From Alphaproteobacteria bacterium (lineage in GTDB: Bacteria > Pseudomonadota > Alphaproteobacteria > Elsterales > Elsteraceae): a DNA stretch of 64,000 nucleotides. The notes under the pieces were generated by a model. That model ran no database searches and was not told the DNA's origin. It was given only the letters and a program-made list of their open reading frames with translations. Position 1 is the first letter of the stretch, and every line of letters starts with the position of its first letter. Below, piece by piece: positions 1 to 8,642 of this stretch. A program made the translations under genes and the position numbers. The stretch is taken from positions 9,961-73,960 of the forward strand of contig RDXE01000033.1 of assembly GCA_004292755.1 (NCBI GenBank), written 5' to 3'.

Positions 1-993
1 TTGGACTACCACGGCCACACGGTTTACAAGTGTGGACCCTGGAGCCAGGGTCCTGTGTTTCTTCAGCAACTGGCGCTGCTAAAGGGGTTTGATCTCACCG
101 CGATGGACCCGCTGGGGCCAGAGTTCGTGCACACTGTTGTCGAGTGCATGAAGCTCGCGTTTGCTGATCGCGATGGCTTCTATGGCGACCCTGATTTCGT
201 CTCGGTCCCGCTCGATGTCTTGTTGAGCGATGCTTACAATGACGAGCGGCGCCAGTTGATTACCGAGCAGGCAAGCCTTGAGAATCGCCCTGGCATCGCG
301 GACAACCGGCGCGGCTGGGCCGATCCAGCGGCGGTTGGGCGCGGCCAGCGCGCGCCGGAGTTTGGTTTCTCAGCCCTTGGGGAACCGACGGTGCGTCGCG
401 ATGGGGCGACCGGGGGCGACACCTGCCACATTGATGTGATCGACCGCTGGGGCAACATGGTTTCGGCAACGCCCTCGGGCGCGTGGCTGCAATCCTCGCC
501 CGCGGTGCCGGGTCTTGGGTTCTGCTTAGGCACCCGCGCGCAAATGTTCTTCCTGGACCCGGCGTCGCCATCGGTGTTGGGACCAAAGCGTCGGCCGCGC
601 ACGACGTTGACCCCATCCTTTGCCACGCGGGATGGTAAGCCTTACATGGCCTTCGGCACCCCAGGGGGCGACCAGCAGGATCAGTGGTCGGTGGTGTTCT
701 TCCTGCGCCATGTTCACCACAAAATGACCATCCAGCAGTCCATCGAAGCGCCGATGCTGACCTCCGAGCACTGGGCCAACAGCTTCTGGCCGCGCGCGGC
801 CAAGCCCGGTCGTTTGCTGCTGGAGGATCGTTTCCCCGCTGCCACGGTCGCCGAGCTGCGTCGCCGTGGGCATTTGGCCGAGACAGTGGATCCCTGGTCA
901 CTGGGCCGACTCTCCGCAGCGAGCAAGGTGGGGTCCGTATTGAAGGCTGGCGCCAATCCGCGTGGTGCCCAGGGTTACGCCGTCGGGCGCTAA
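1..993 (+). CDS. ggt: gamma-glutamyltransferase family protein, C-terminal portion (5' end outside window)
   Basis: Frame is open from base 1. GGDTCHIDVIDRWGNMVSATPSG matches the autoprocessing Thr context of Ntn-hydrolase GGTs, and a GTPGGDQQ glycine pair is present. A hairpin terminator follows the stop. Confidence 0.85.
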   Translation: MDYHGHTVYKCGPWSQGPVFLQQLALLKGFDLTAMDPLGPEFVHTVVECMKLAFADRDGFYGDPDFVSVPLDVLLSDAYNDERRQLITEQASLENRPGIADNRRGWADPAAVGRGQRAPEFGFSALGEPTVRRDGATGGDTCHIDVIDRWGNMVSATPSGAWLQSSPAVPGLGFCLGTRAQMFFLDPASPSVLGPKRRPRTTLTPSFATRDGKPYMAFGTPGGDQQDQWSVVFFLRHVHHKMTIQQSIEAPMLTSEHWANSFWPRAAKPGRLLLEDRFPAATVAELRRRGHLAETVDPWSLGRLSAASKVGSVLKAGANPRGAQGYAVGR

Positions 994-1030
994 GGCCCGC
1001 GGCGACGGTGCAGCGGCGCAGAACGAAAAA

Positions 1031-1055
1031 GACCGGCGCGCGGCGCCGGTCTTTT
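1031..1055. terminator. bidirectional rho-independent terminator between convergent genes
   Basis: Perfect 9-bp stem GACCGGCGC/GCGCCGGTC with a 3-nt loop, flanked by AAAAA upstream and TTTT downstream. Confidence 0.6.
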
Positions 1056-1163
1056 GACACTACCCCATCGTCCACACACCGCCGCGTGATCGGCCCGCAC
1101 ACAACCCTGCCTGACTGGTGTGGGCGTCAGCCTCGATCTCGCGTGTCAACGGCTAGAGAGTGA

Positions 1164-1535
1164 TCAGCTGCGCGGTGTGGAGCCGTTGCCACCGTCAGGG
1201 CCAGAGCCGCCATTCTTGTGCGGGGCCTTATCGGTCCGCCACGCCTCAAGCCCGACGATCTTGCCGTGGCCGTTGCCATCGCCCTTGCCATCGGCAGGTT
1301 TGGTGTCGGCTTTGACGGCAGAGCGCTGATCGTCAGCCTGACGCTCAGCAGCGCGTGGCGGACGATTGGCGTGGGCGTTCAAAAACGCCTCCAGATCGAC
1401 CTGGGCGATGCGCCAATCCTTGCCAGCCTTAACGGCCCGCAGATCCCCTGATCGGATCCACCCGCCCACCGTGCGTGGTGTCACCTTCAGCATTTCTGCG
1501 ACTTCGGCGATAGTCATCAACGCGGCGCGCAGCAT
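1164..1535 (-). CDS. excisionase/MerR-superfamily helix-turn-helix DNA-binding protein with low-complexity tail
   Basis: MTIAEVAEMLKVTPRTVGGWIRSGDLRAVKAGKDWRIAQVDLEAFL is a typical excisionase-family HTH. Start placed at ATG 1535 (GGGGA about 10 nt upstream); ATG 1517 is an alternative. The longer track ORF to 1664 is probably over-extended. Confidence 0.6.
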   Translation of the reverse strand: MLRAALMTIAEVAEMLKVTPRTVGGWIRSGDLRAVKAGKDWRIAQVDLEAFLNAHANRPPRAAERQADDQRSAVKADTKPADGKGDGNGHGKIVGLEAWRTDKAPHKNGGSGPDGGNGSTPRS

Positions 1536-1804
1536 GGCGCGGTACTCCCCCACCCGTACCGTTTGGAGACACTCCAAAACCAGTAGGTGAAGGCTATCCC
1601 GGTCGGAAGTGAAGCGCAAGACATGTCTTGCAGTAAAACCGAACCAGTTTATGTGGTTCATCAAACAACCTGGGCAAGTCCAGACCCTAAAAAAAATGTG
1701 CCTTAATCCGATTAGTTTGTGGGGATACCCTTGAATCCTGTGTTGGCCCGCCGCACCTGCTGGGTCCTGGGCTTTCTCGTGTGTGCCATCCTACGGAGAT
1801 GCTA

Positions 1805-2431
1805 ATGACCCCCGAAGAGCGTGCACTGATCTCAGGTCTGTTCGACCGTCTGCGCGCGGTCCAAGTGGACCGCGACCCTGAAGCGGAGCGCTTCATTCAC
1901 CAACAACTCCAAGCCAATCCAGCGGCACCCTATCTGTTGGTGCAAGCCGCTGTGGTGCAAGAGCATGCGCTGCGCGAAGCGCAGGACAAGATCCGCGAGT
2001 TGGAGCAGCGGGCGGCACCGGCACCGGCGACCTCTGCCGGGTTTACCGGCGGTGGTGCCTGGGCCAAGTGGGGGGCCTCGGCTGCGCCAGCAGCACCGGC
2101 ACCGGCGCCAGCCGCGTCCGGTCCTTGGGGGCAGCGCGCTGCCCCAGCGGCGGGACCGTGGGGTCAGGCGCCGCACCAGGGCATGCAGCAGCCGCAGCGC
2201 GGAGGCTTTCTGCGCACAGCACTGGCGACGGCCGCGGGTGTTGCCGGTGGCGCCCTGCTGTTCCAGGGCCTGTCCGGAATGTTCGGTGGTGGTGCAGCGC
2301 AGGCCGCCACCCCCACCGATCCCGGCGCGACCGAGCCGCAGGCGGCCCAGGACACCGGCTGGGAAGATCAGGGTGGCGGGTTTGATGGTGGTGGATTTGA
2401 TGGCGGGGGAGACGGCGGCGGCGGCGAGTAA
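1805..2431 (+). CDS. DUF2076 domain-containing protein
   Basis: N-terminus MTPEERALISGLFDRLRAV...ERFIHQQLQANPAAPYLLVQAAVVQEHAL, followed by an Ala/Pro/Gly-rich linker and a Gly-rich tail (GGGFDGGGFDGGGDGGGGE). GGAG lies 6 nt before ATG 1805. Confidence 0.6.
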   Translation: MTPEERALISGLFDRLRAVQVDRDPEAERFIHQQLQANPAAPYLLVQAAVVQEHALREAQDKIRELEQRAAPAPATSAGFTGGGAWAKWGASAAPAAPAPAPAASGPWGQRAAPAAGPWGQAPHQGMQQPQRGGFLRTALATAAGVAGGALLFQGLSGMFGGGAAQAATPTDPGATEPQAAQDTGWEDQGGGFDGGGFDGGGDGGGGE

Positions 2432-2524
2432 ACGATCGCGCGCCTGGGGTCGCCGCGCGACGCTTGCCGGGGACTGGGGCGGCGGGCACTCTCCCGCCGC
2501 CATCGGTCGTCTGGAGACATCGTC

Positions 2525-4072
2525 ATGAGCTTGCTTGCCGCTTTGCTTGCCGCCGTGCCGCGGCGAATTGCGCGCTTAGGCGATGGCGTTGGTGGCCTCG
2601 TGCGGGTATTTCACGGCGAGTCGCCTGAAACAGACGTGCAGCCAGTCACGCCCTTTGAGGTGCCAAGCGCCCCCCTGGACGTGTTGGTGTTTGGCGCTTT
2701 GCCCGCTGGAACCGATCCAAACCGCCTTGCGGAGCATTGGGCGCGGCATCTTGCCGCAGATGCCACAGTGATCTTCGGCCTGCCAAATCCGCGCTTCGGC
2801 CCCGCCTTGGTGGATGTGATTCGGGGCGGTTCGCCACCCGATGCTTGGGTGTCGGCAGAGCGGCTGGAGGCTGCGTGGCGTGCCGTTGGCTTCACGGGCA
2901 TTGAGTGGCGCCAGGACCCAACGGCAGAGGACGGGGGACTGGGCGAAGCGCTCGCCCCGCTTGCTGGGTCGCTTGGCGTGGTGCCCGCCCGCCTGGCGGA
3001 GGAGACCAAGGCGCCCTGGTTGGTGCTGCGCGCGCGGCGCGTGCCCGCAGCACGCCGCCTTGTGCAATCGATGACGCTGGCGCCAGTGGGGGCAGTCAAT
3101 GACGTGCGGGTTCATGAGCCCGCAGCCCTTATTCAAACTGTGCCGGGTTGGCGCATCCGCACTGCGGAAAAGCGGGTCGACCTGGGTATTGCCCGGCCCG
3201 ACGAAGCGAAGATCCTCGTCTGGCAGCGGCCAGTCATGCGCCGCCAGACCGAAATCCAAAGCCTGAAGACCCTGATCCAGCGGGGCTATCTGGTGATCAC
3301 AGAGTTTGATGATCACCCGATGCGCTGGCCGGACATCGAGGGCAACGGGTATCTGTCCTACACTGGTGTCCATGCGGTGCAGACCTCCACTCCGGAGTTG
3401 GCGGACCTGTTCCGCCAGTGGAACCCCGAGGTTCGGGCGTTTGCCAATGCCATTGCCCATTTGCCACCACCACCGGTGCCGCGCGACCGGCGGGAGGTGG
3501 TGCTATTCTTCGGCGCCCTGAACCGGGAGGAGGATTGGCGTCCGCTGATGCCCGCCCTCAACACGGCGCTGATGCAGTTGGGGCCGACCGTGCGGGTGGA
3601 TGTTCTCCATGACCGGGTGTTTTTCGACAGTCTGACGACAACGCACAAGCGGTTCACGCCCCTGGCTCCTGCAGCGGTTTATCGCCAGCATCTGGCCGAT
3701 GCAGACATCGCGTTTCTGCCCTTGGCGGACACGCTGTTCAACCGGATGAAGTCAGACCTGAAGTTCATCGAAGCCGCAGCCCATGGGGCGGTTGCACTGG
3801 CCAGCCCCGTTGTCTACGCGGCCAGCCTGCAGGATGGTGTGACGGGTGTTTTGTTCCGCGATGCGGGTGAGATGGCGGAGCGATTGATATCCTTGGTCGC
3901 GAACCAGGCCCAGCGGCAGGCCATCGCGACAGCTGCTTGGCGGATGATCCGCCAGTCCCGCCTCGCCTGCCTGCAAACGGCTGACCGCATCGCTTGGTAT
4001 GAATCACTGCTCAGCCGCCAGGCACAGCTGACCGATGCCATTCGTGGCCGGGTGCCAGAGCTTGCCGGGTAG
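2525..4072 (+). CDS. glycosyltransferase-like protein (GT-B-type C-terminal half, methyltransferase-like N-terminal region)
   Basis: C-terminal FLPLADTLFNRMKSDLKFIEAAAHGAVALASPVVYAASLQDGVTGVLF resembles the GT-B nucleotide-sugar binding half. Family assignment is not certain. Confidence 0.45.
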   Translation: MSLLAALLAAVPRRIARLGDGVGGLVRVFHGESPETDVQPVTPFEVPSAPLDVLVFGALPAGTDPNRLAEHWARHLAADATVIFGLPNPRFGPALVDVIRGGSPPDAWVSAERLEAAWRAVGFTGIEWRQDPTAEDGGLGEALAPLAGSLGVVPARLAEETKAPWLVLRARRVPAARRLVQSMTLAPVGAVNDVRVHEPAALIQTVPGWRIRTAEKRVDLGIARPDEAKILVWQRPVMRRQTEIQSLKTLIQRGYLVITEFDDHPMRWPDIEGNGYLSYTGVHAVQTSTPELADLFRQWNPEVRAFANAIAHLPPPPVPRDRREVVLFFGALNREEDWRPLMPALNTALMQLGPTVRVDVLHDRVFFDSLTTTHKRFTPLAPAAVYRQHLADADIAFLPLADTLFNRMKSDLKFIEAAAHGAVALASPVVYAASLQDGVTGVLFRDAGEMAERLISLVANQAQRQAIATAAWRMIRQSRLACLQTADRIAWYESLLSRQAQLTDAIRGRVPELAG

Positions 4073-4093
4073 TTCCCAGCGCTGAAAAGGCGA

Positions 4094-4128
4094 CCGGGGG
4101 GCGACGGTTAGGTCGCCCCCCGGCTTTT
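4094..4128 (+). terminator. rho-independent terminator
   Basis: Perfect 12-bp stem CCGGGGGGCGAC/GTCGCCCCCCGG with a 6-nt loop, followed by CTTTTCG. It lies 22 nt after the stop at 4072. Confidence 0.6.
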
Positions 4129-4185
4129 CGGGTGCAGAATGGCAGGGTACTCGGCACCCGAACCCAGACGCCTGTGCTCAGCTCC

Positions 4186-4215
4186 CCTTGGCGGTGGGGC
4201 ACCCTTGGCGGTGGG
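4186..4215. repeat. direct repeat, CCTTGGCGGTGGG twice, 17-nt period
   Basis: Identical 13-mers at 4186-4198 and 4203-4215, in the non-coding gap between convergent genes. Confidence 0.8.
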
Positions 4216-4459
4216 TGTGGCGGAGCGACTGGCTCTCACGAGCAACTGTGCCGAGGTGGACGCGGGGAGGGAAACGCGATTTCCCCGGCTGTCCCGTGCC
4301 GAAATCGCGCTGGACACTCCGTGCCGCGTCTATGATTATTGTTATAGGCCGATCCGTAAAATTCTATACAATCTCGCTGAAAGCTTATGACAGATTTCCC
4401 ATGAGTTTGCGATCAGTCCAACGGCGGCTCGGCCACCCTAGCGCTTGGATCGGGTGGCG

Positions 4460-5287
4460 TCAGCCGTCGGTACCCGTCGCGGCGGCGCTGGAGGCTGAAC
4501 TGCCAACGCCCTCCAGCTGCAGGGCGGTTAGCAGCGCGCGGACTTCCTGGCGGGCGGCCACGTGAGAGACGCTCAAGCCAGCCCCCGCCTCGCGCAGGTC
4601 CAGCAGGGTTAGGCCCTTCAAGAACAGCTCGCGGAAGATCACGCGTTCGGAAAAGCCGGGCGCGGTGCGAAAGCCGATCCGCCGTCCCAACTCCAGCAGC
4701 ACCGCCCCGATGTCCCGCTTGTTGCGAGCGTCCAGAGTGGAGAGCCGGTTGCGCATGACGATCCAGTCAATCGCCGGGCGGCGTGCCATCGCCCGGCGCT
4801 TGCGGCAATCCCACACCATTTCGGCATAGTGGGAGGGTTTCAGAACCCGCAGCGAGTCCGGGTCAACCGTACCAAGCACGTCGAAATCAACGAAGCTGTC
4901 GTTGAGCGGGGTGATCAACGTATCCGCATCCTGGTGGGCGCGGCGCGACAGCGGCGTATCGGCACCGGGGCAATCAATCAGCAGAATGTCCTGGGTTGCC
5001 CGCCCATTGGCGATCGCGTCCTCCAGCCCTGCCAGATCGTCCAGGTCCACGGAGTAAACTGTCGGCGCAATCAGACGCACCTGCTGGCGCTCCGCAAAGC
5101 CTGCGCGGTTTTCCAGATAGCGACTGAGCGTGCCTTGCCGCACATCCAGATCAATCACGCCGACACGCTTGCCGGCTTGCATCAACGCAACGATCAGGTG
5201 CATGGCGGTGGTGGATTTGCCCGACCCGCCCTTTTCGTTACCGATGACAATGACATGGGCGCTGCGCGCCGGAGATGTGGTCTGCAT
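4460..5287 (-). CDS. mipZ: division-plane positioning ATPase MipZ (ParA/MinD superfamily)
   Basis: VIVIGNEKGGSGKSTTAMHLIVALMQAGKRVGVIDLDVRQGTLSRYLENR, TPLNDSFVDFDVLGTVDP and VMRNRLSTLDARNK align closely with my recollection of Caulobacter MipZ. Start at ATG 5287 gives 275 aa; the track ORF to 5530 adds an implausible Ser/Thr/Pro-rich extension. Confidence 0.85.
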   Translation of the reverse strand: MQTTSPARSAHVIVIGNEKGGSGKSTTAMHLIVALMQAGKRVGVIDLDVRQGTLSRYLENRAGFAERQQVRLIAPTVYSVDLDDLAGLEDAIANGRATQDILLIDCPGADTPLSRRAHQDADTLITPLNDSFVDFDVLGTVDPDSLRVLKPSHYAEMVWDCRKRRAMARRPAIDWIVMRNRLSTLDARNKRDIGAVLLELGRRIGFRTAPGFSERVIFRELFLKGLTLLDLREAGAGLSVSHVAARQEVRALLTALQLEGVGSSASSAAATGTDG

Positions 5288-5393
5288 CGCTTGCGATGGT
5301 GCCGGTATGGCAGGCGATGGTTCAATCGGTCTGCGCTTGTCGCAGGCAAGACTTGGCTTCTGACCAGCAACCATCTGGCGAGGAGAGGTGGGA

Positions 5394-6506
5394 GTGGAGC
5401 GAATCGACTGTGTGGTCATTGGTGCTGGCGTGGTCGGGCTCGCGGTTGGCCGCGCCTTGGCTGAGGCCGGACGCGAGGTGCTGGTGCTCGATCGCGACGA
5501 CCGCATCGGCGCCGAAACATCCTCCCGCAACTCAGAAGTGATTCATGCTGGTATCTATTATCCGACCGGCAGTTTGAAGGCGCTGGCCTGTGTGGAAGGC
5601 AAACAGGCGCTCTATCGCTATTGCCAGCAGCGCGGGATTCCCCATGCCCGCCTGGGCAAGCTGATTGTCGCAACCGCCGAGGATCAGCTGCCAACCTTGC
5701 AGCGCTTGCAGCAACAAGCAGCTGTCAATGGTGTCACGGACCTAACCTGGCTCAGCACCGATGAGTTGCGCCAATGGGAGCCAAACCTGACAGCAGTTGG
5801 CGCGCTCCACTCCCCCTCCTCCGGCATCATCGACAGCCATGCGCTGATGGTCGCCCTGCAAGGGGATTTGGAAGCAGCCGGGGGCATGGTGGTTCTGCGC
5901 ACCCCTGTGGTGGGGGGTGCTGTCAGGGATGACGGGATCGAACTCCACACAGGTGGGGCGGAGCCATTGCATCTGGTGGCGCGCACCGTGGTGAATGCTG
6001 CGGGGCTGCATGCCACCGCCCTCGCGGCGGCTGTGGCGGGCATGCCTGCAGCGCACATCCCGGCAATCCGCTTCGCGAAGGGCAATTACTTTCGCCTGCA
6101 GGGGAAAAGCCCGTTTCGGCGCCTCGTCTATCCTGTGCCGGAGGTCGGTGGACTGGGTGTCCACATCACGCTCGACCTGGCCGGGCAGGCGCGATTCGGC
6201 CCCGATGTGGAGTGGATCGACGCCATCGACTATCGAGTTGATCCAGCCCGTGCCGAGCCGTTCTATGCCGCCGTTCGCCGCTACTGGCCCGCCCTGCCCG
6301 ATGGGGCGCTGTTGCCCGACTATGCGGGAGTGCGCATCAAGCTGCTGACCCCCGACGGCAGCGCCCATGATTTCCGGATCGATGGTCCGTCGGTGCATGG
6401 GGTTGCGGGCTTGGTTCATCTGTTCGGCATTGAAAGTCCGGGTCTTACCTCCTGCCTTGCGCTGGCACGGCGGGTCGCGGCCCTGGTGGGGGAGGAAAGC
6501 CCATGA
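5394..6506 (+). CDS. FAD-dependent oxidoreductase, LhgO (L-2-hydroxyglutarate oxidase/dehydrogenase)-like
   Basis: Dinucleotide fold DCVVIGAGVVGLAVGRAL, then SSRNSEVIHAGIYYPTGSLKA and HSPSSGIIDSHAL as in LhgO-type enzymes. GTG 5394 lies 7 nt after AGGAGA. Confidence 0.75.
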   Translation: MERIDCVVIGAGVVGLAVGRALAEAGREVLVLDRDDRIGAETSSRNSEVIHAGIYYPTGSLKALACVEGKQALYRYCQQRGIPHARLGKLIVATAEDQLPTLQRLQQQAAVNGVTDLTWLSTDELRQWEPNLTAVGALHSPSSGIIDSHALMVALQGDLEAAGGMVVLRTPVVGGAVRDDGIELHTGGAEPLHLVARTVVNAAGLHATALAAAVAGMPAAHIPAIRFAKGNYFRLQGKSPFRRLVYPVPEVGGLGVHITLDLAGQARFGPDVEWIDAIDYRVDPARAEPFYAAVRRYWPALPDGALLPDYAGVRIKLLTPDGSAHDFRIDGPSVHGVAGLVHLFGIESPGLTSCLALARRVAALVGEESP

Positions 6507-7681
6507 AAATCGATCGCCTCTGTGCGTTCATGTCCCGCGACAAGGATCGTCCGCGGGTCCTGCTGCGCATTGACACCGATGACGGCCTCAGCGGCTGGGG
6601 GGAGTGTTACAATCACGGCCCCGACCGGGCATTTGCACCGCTGCTGGAGTATCTGGCGCAGTTCTTGAGCGGGCGTGACCCGACGCGGGTGGAGGCAGCA
6701 GTGTTGTACCTGCTGCAGCAAACTCGGTTCCCACCGGGCGCGCTGGGGCTGGCGGCGATTTCTGCGATTGATCAGTGCTTGTGGGAGATTTCAGCCAAGG
6801 CCCTGGGCGTTCCGGTCTATCGCCTGCTGGGCGGTGCCGTACGCGACCGCGTGCGGGTGTATGCCGGGGTCTACACTGCCCCTGATCCCGCGATTGCGCG
6901 CGACCAGTTCAATGCCCTGGCCGACGGGTGGGGGCTGACGGCGTTCAAGCTGAGCCCCTATCGCAGTGACCATCATCGCCAGCGCTGGGGGGTGGTGGTG
7001 CGGGAAAGTGCGGAGTACTTCCGCGCCCTGCGCGAAACCGTGCGCAGCGACTTTGACATTGCGTTCGATGCCCACGCCAAACTGGGGGAACCCATTCAGG
7101 CTGTGCAGCTGGGCAATGCGCTGACCCCCTATGACCCCTTGTTCTTCGAGGAGCCGATCCGACCAGAGCATCTGGAGGCCTGGGGCGCGCTCAAAGCCCA
7201 GCTGACCTGCCCACTGGCGACCGGCGAATCCCTCTACAATCGCTATGAATTCCTCCGGCTGCTTGGCCTGCGCGGGGCCGACATTGTGCAGCCCGATGTC
7301 TGTGTGGTGGGTGGCATCACAGAGATGCGCCGGATTGCAGCGATTGCGGAGGCGCATTTCGTGCCCGTCGCCCCGCACAACCCGATGGGGCCCCTGGCGA
7401 CGGCGGTCAACCTGCACTTCTGCGCAGCGCTGACCAACTTCAAAATCCTGGAGTACCGGTTGCCGGGTGGTGCCAACTATGACGGCACGGCGGCCGCGAG
7501 CGAGGACGCGACCCGGATGGTGCTGGACCCCTATCTGCCGGTCGACGGCCATTTGGAGCTGCGCCCCGACCGCCCGGGCTGGGGCGTGGAGATCAATCCC
7601 GAGGTCCTCCATCGTGACGACTACGTCCATTGGGAGCGGCGTGTGCCAACCAAACCCGATGGCAGCACCGGCTGGCCCTAG
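6503..7681 (+). CDS. enolase-superfamily enzyme (mandelate racemase/muconate lactonizing, galactonate-dehydratase-like)
   Basis: GWGECY, DIAFDAHAKL, FFEEPIRPEH, PLATGESLY and DIVQPDVCVVGGITE match the metal-ligand/TIM-barrel motifs. ATGA overlap with the upstream gene. Confidence 0.8.
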   Translation: MKIDRLCAFMSRDKDRPRVLLRIDTDDGLSGWGECYNHGPDRAFAPLLEYLAQFLSGRDPTRVEAAVLYLLQQTRFPPGALGLAAISAIDQCLWEISAKALGVPVYRLLGGAVRDRVRVYAGVYTAPDPAIARDQFNALADGWGLTAFKLSPYRSDHHRQRWGVVVRESAEYFRALRETVRSDFDIAFDAHAKLGEPIQAVQLGNALTPYDPLFFEEPIRPEHLEAWGALKAQLTCPLATGESLYNRYEFLRLLGLRGADIVQPDVCVVGGITEMRRIAAIAEAHFVPVAPHNPMGPLATAVNLHFCAALTNFKILEYRLPGGANYDGTAAASEDATRMVLDPYLPVDGHLELRPDRPGWGVEINPEVLHRDDYVHWERRVPTKPDGSTGWP

Positions 7682-7871
7682 GCCTGGGGTGGGGCTGATC
7701 GCAGTCCGTCGGCGCACGGGCGACCGATAGTCCGGTCGGCCTTCTGTCGATCCCGATCTCACAAGGGGACGGTGGGGTATCCTCCGCGTTCGGATTCGGG
7801 GCGTCGGCAAGGATAAGGCTGTCTGTCAGCCCCCCCGCGCGTGCTGGCGGGCTTCGGCCAGACCACGTCTG

Positions 7872-8465
7872 TTAGATCACCACCACGGCAACCGAGGCGG
7901 CCAGGGCGAGGGCCATGACGATGTTGACGGCGCGCAAGAGAGCGGGTCGGCGCAACAAGCGGCTGAGGGCACTGCCGGCAATCACCCACACCAGTCCGCA
8001 CGGCAGGCCCAGGACAGTGAAGGTGGGCAGTGCGATGGCCAATGCAGACCAATAGCTGTCGGGTGGGACATAGGTCGCCACAGTTCCAAGGGTCATCACC
8101 CAAGCTTTTGGGTTGATCCACTGGAACAGGGCAGCCTGCAGGAAGGTGATTGGCGGCTCCGGCTCGCCGTCGGCGCTGGGTGGGCCCGAGCGGGCGATCT
8201 TCCAGGCGAGCCACAACAGATAAGCAGCGCCACCCACCTTCAACACCCCGTGCAGCCAAGGCAGTTGGGTGAACACACCGCCCAAACCTAGGCCAACAGC
8301 GGCAAGCAGGATGTTGAAGCCAATGTTCACCCCCAGCAAATGCGGCCAGGAGCGGGTGATGCCGTGATTGACCCCAGAGGCAAGCAGCATGGTGTTGTTC
8401 GGCCCCGGTGTCACCGATGCCACCACCACATACACAGCAAACGCGAACCAAACGTCGAACGACAT
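7872..8465 (-). CDS. LysE/RhtB family amino-acid exporter
   Basis: ASVTPGPNNTMLLASGVNHG signature and about 6 hydrophobic segments. GAGGTGG lies 7 nt upstream of ATG 8465. Confidence 0.8.
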   Translation of the reverse strand: MSFDVWFAFAVYVVVASVTPGPNNTMLLASGVNHGITRSWPHLLGVNIGFNILLAAVGLGLGGVFTQLPWLHGVLKVGGAAYLLWLAWKIARSGPPSADGEPEPPITFLQAALFQWINPKAWVMTLGTVATYVPPDSYWSALAIALPTFTVLGLPCGLVWVIAGSALSRLLRRPALLRAVNIVMALALAASVAVVVI

Positions 8466-8642
8466 CAGAACCACCTCGGGCATAAGGGCAAGGGACGTGT
8501 CCTGGTCCAGCATTGTCGGGTCCTGCCGTGCTGCCCCGGCGTGCCGCCATCAAACTGTTCTGGCGCACGACCACAACAGTTTGATGGGCATGGCTGGTCT
8601 CTGCGCCTTGGCGCGGCGCTCGGGCTCGCCTAGCGTGGTGAC

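Noticed and set aside
5288-5530. Longer form of mipZ (356 aa).
   Set aside because: The extra 81 residues are Ser/Thr/Pro/Arg-rich and run into the divergent promoter and the start of the neighbouring gene. The 275-aa form matches MipZ length.
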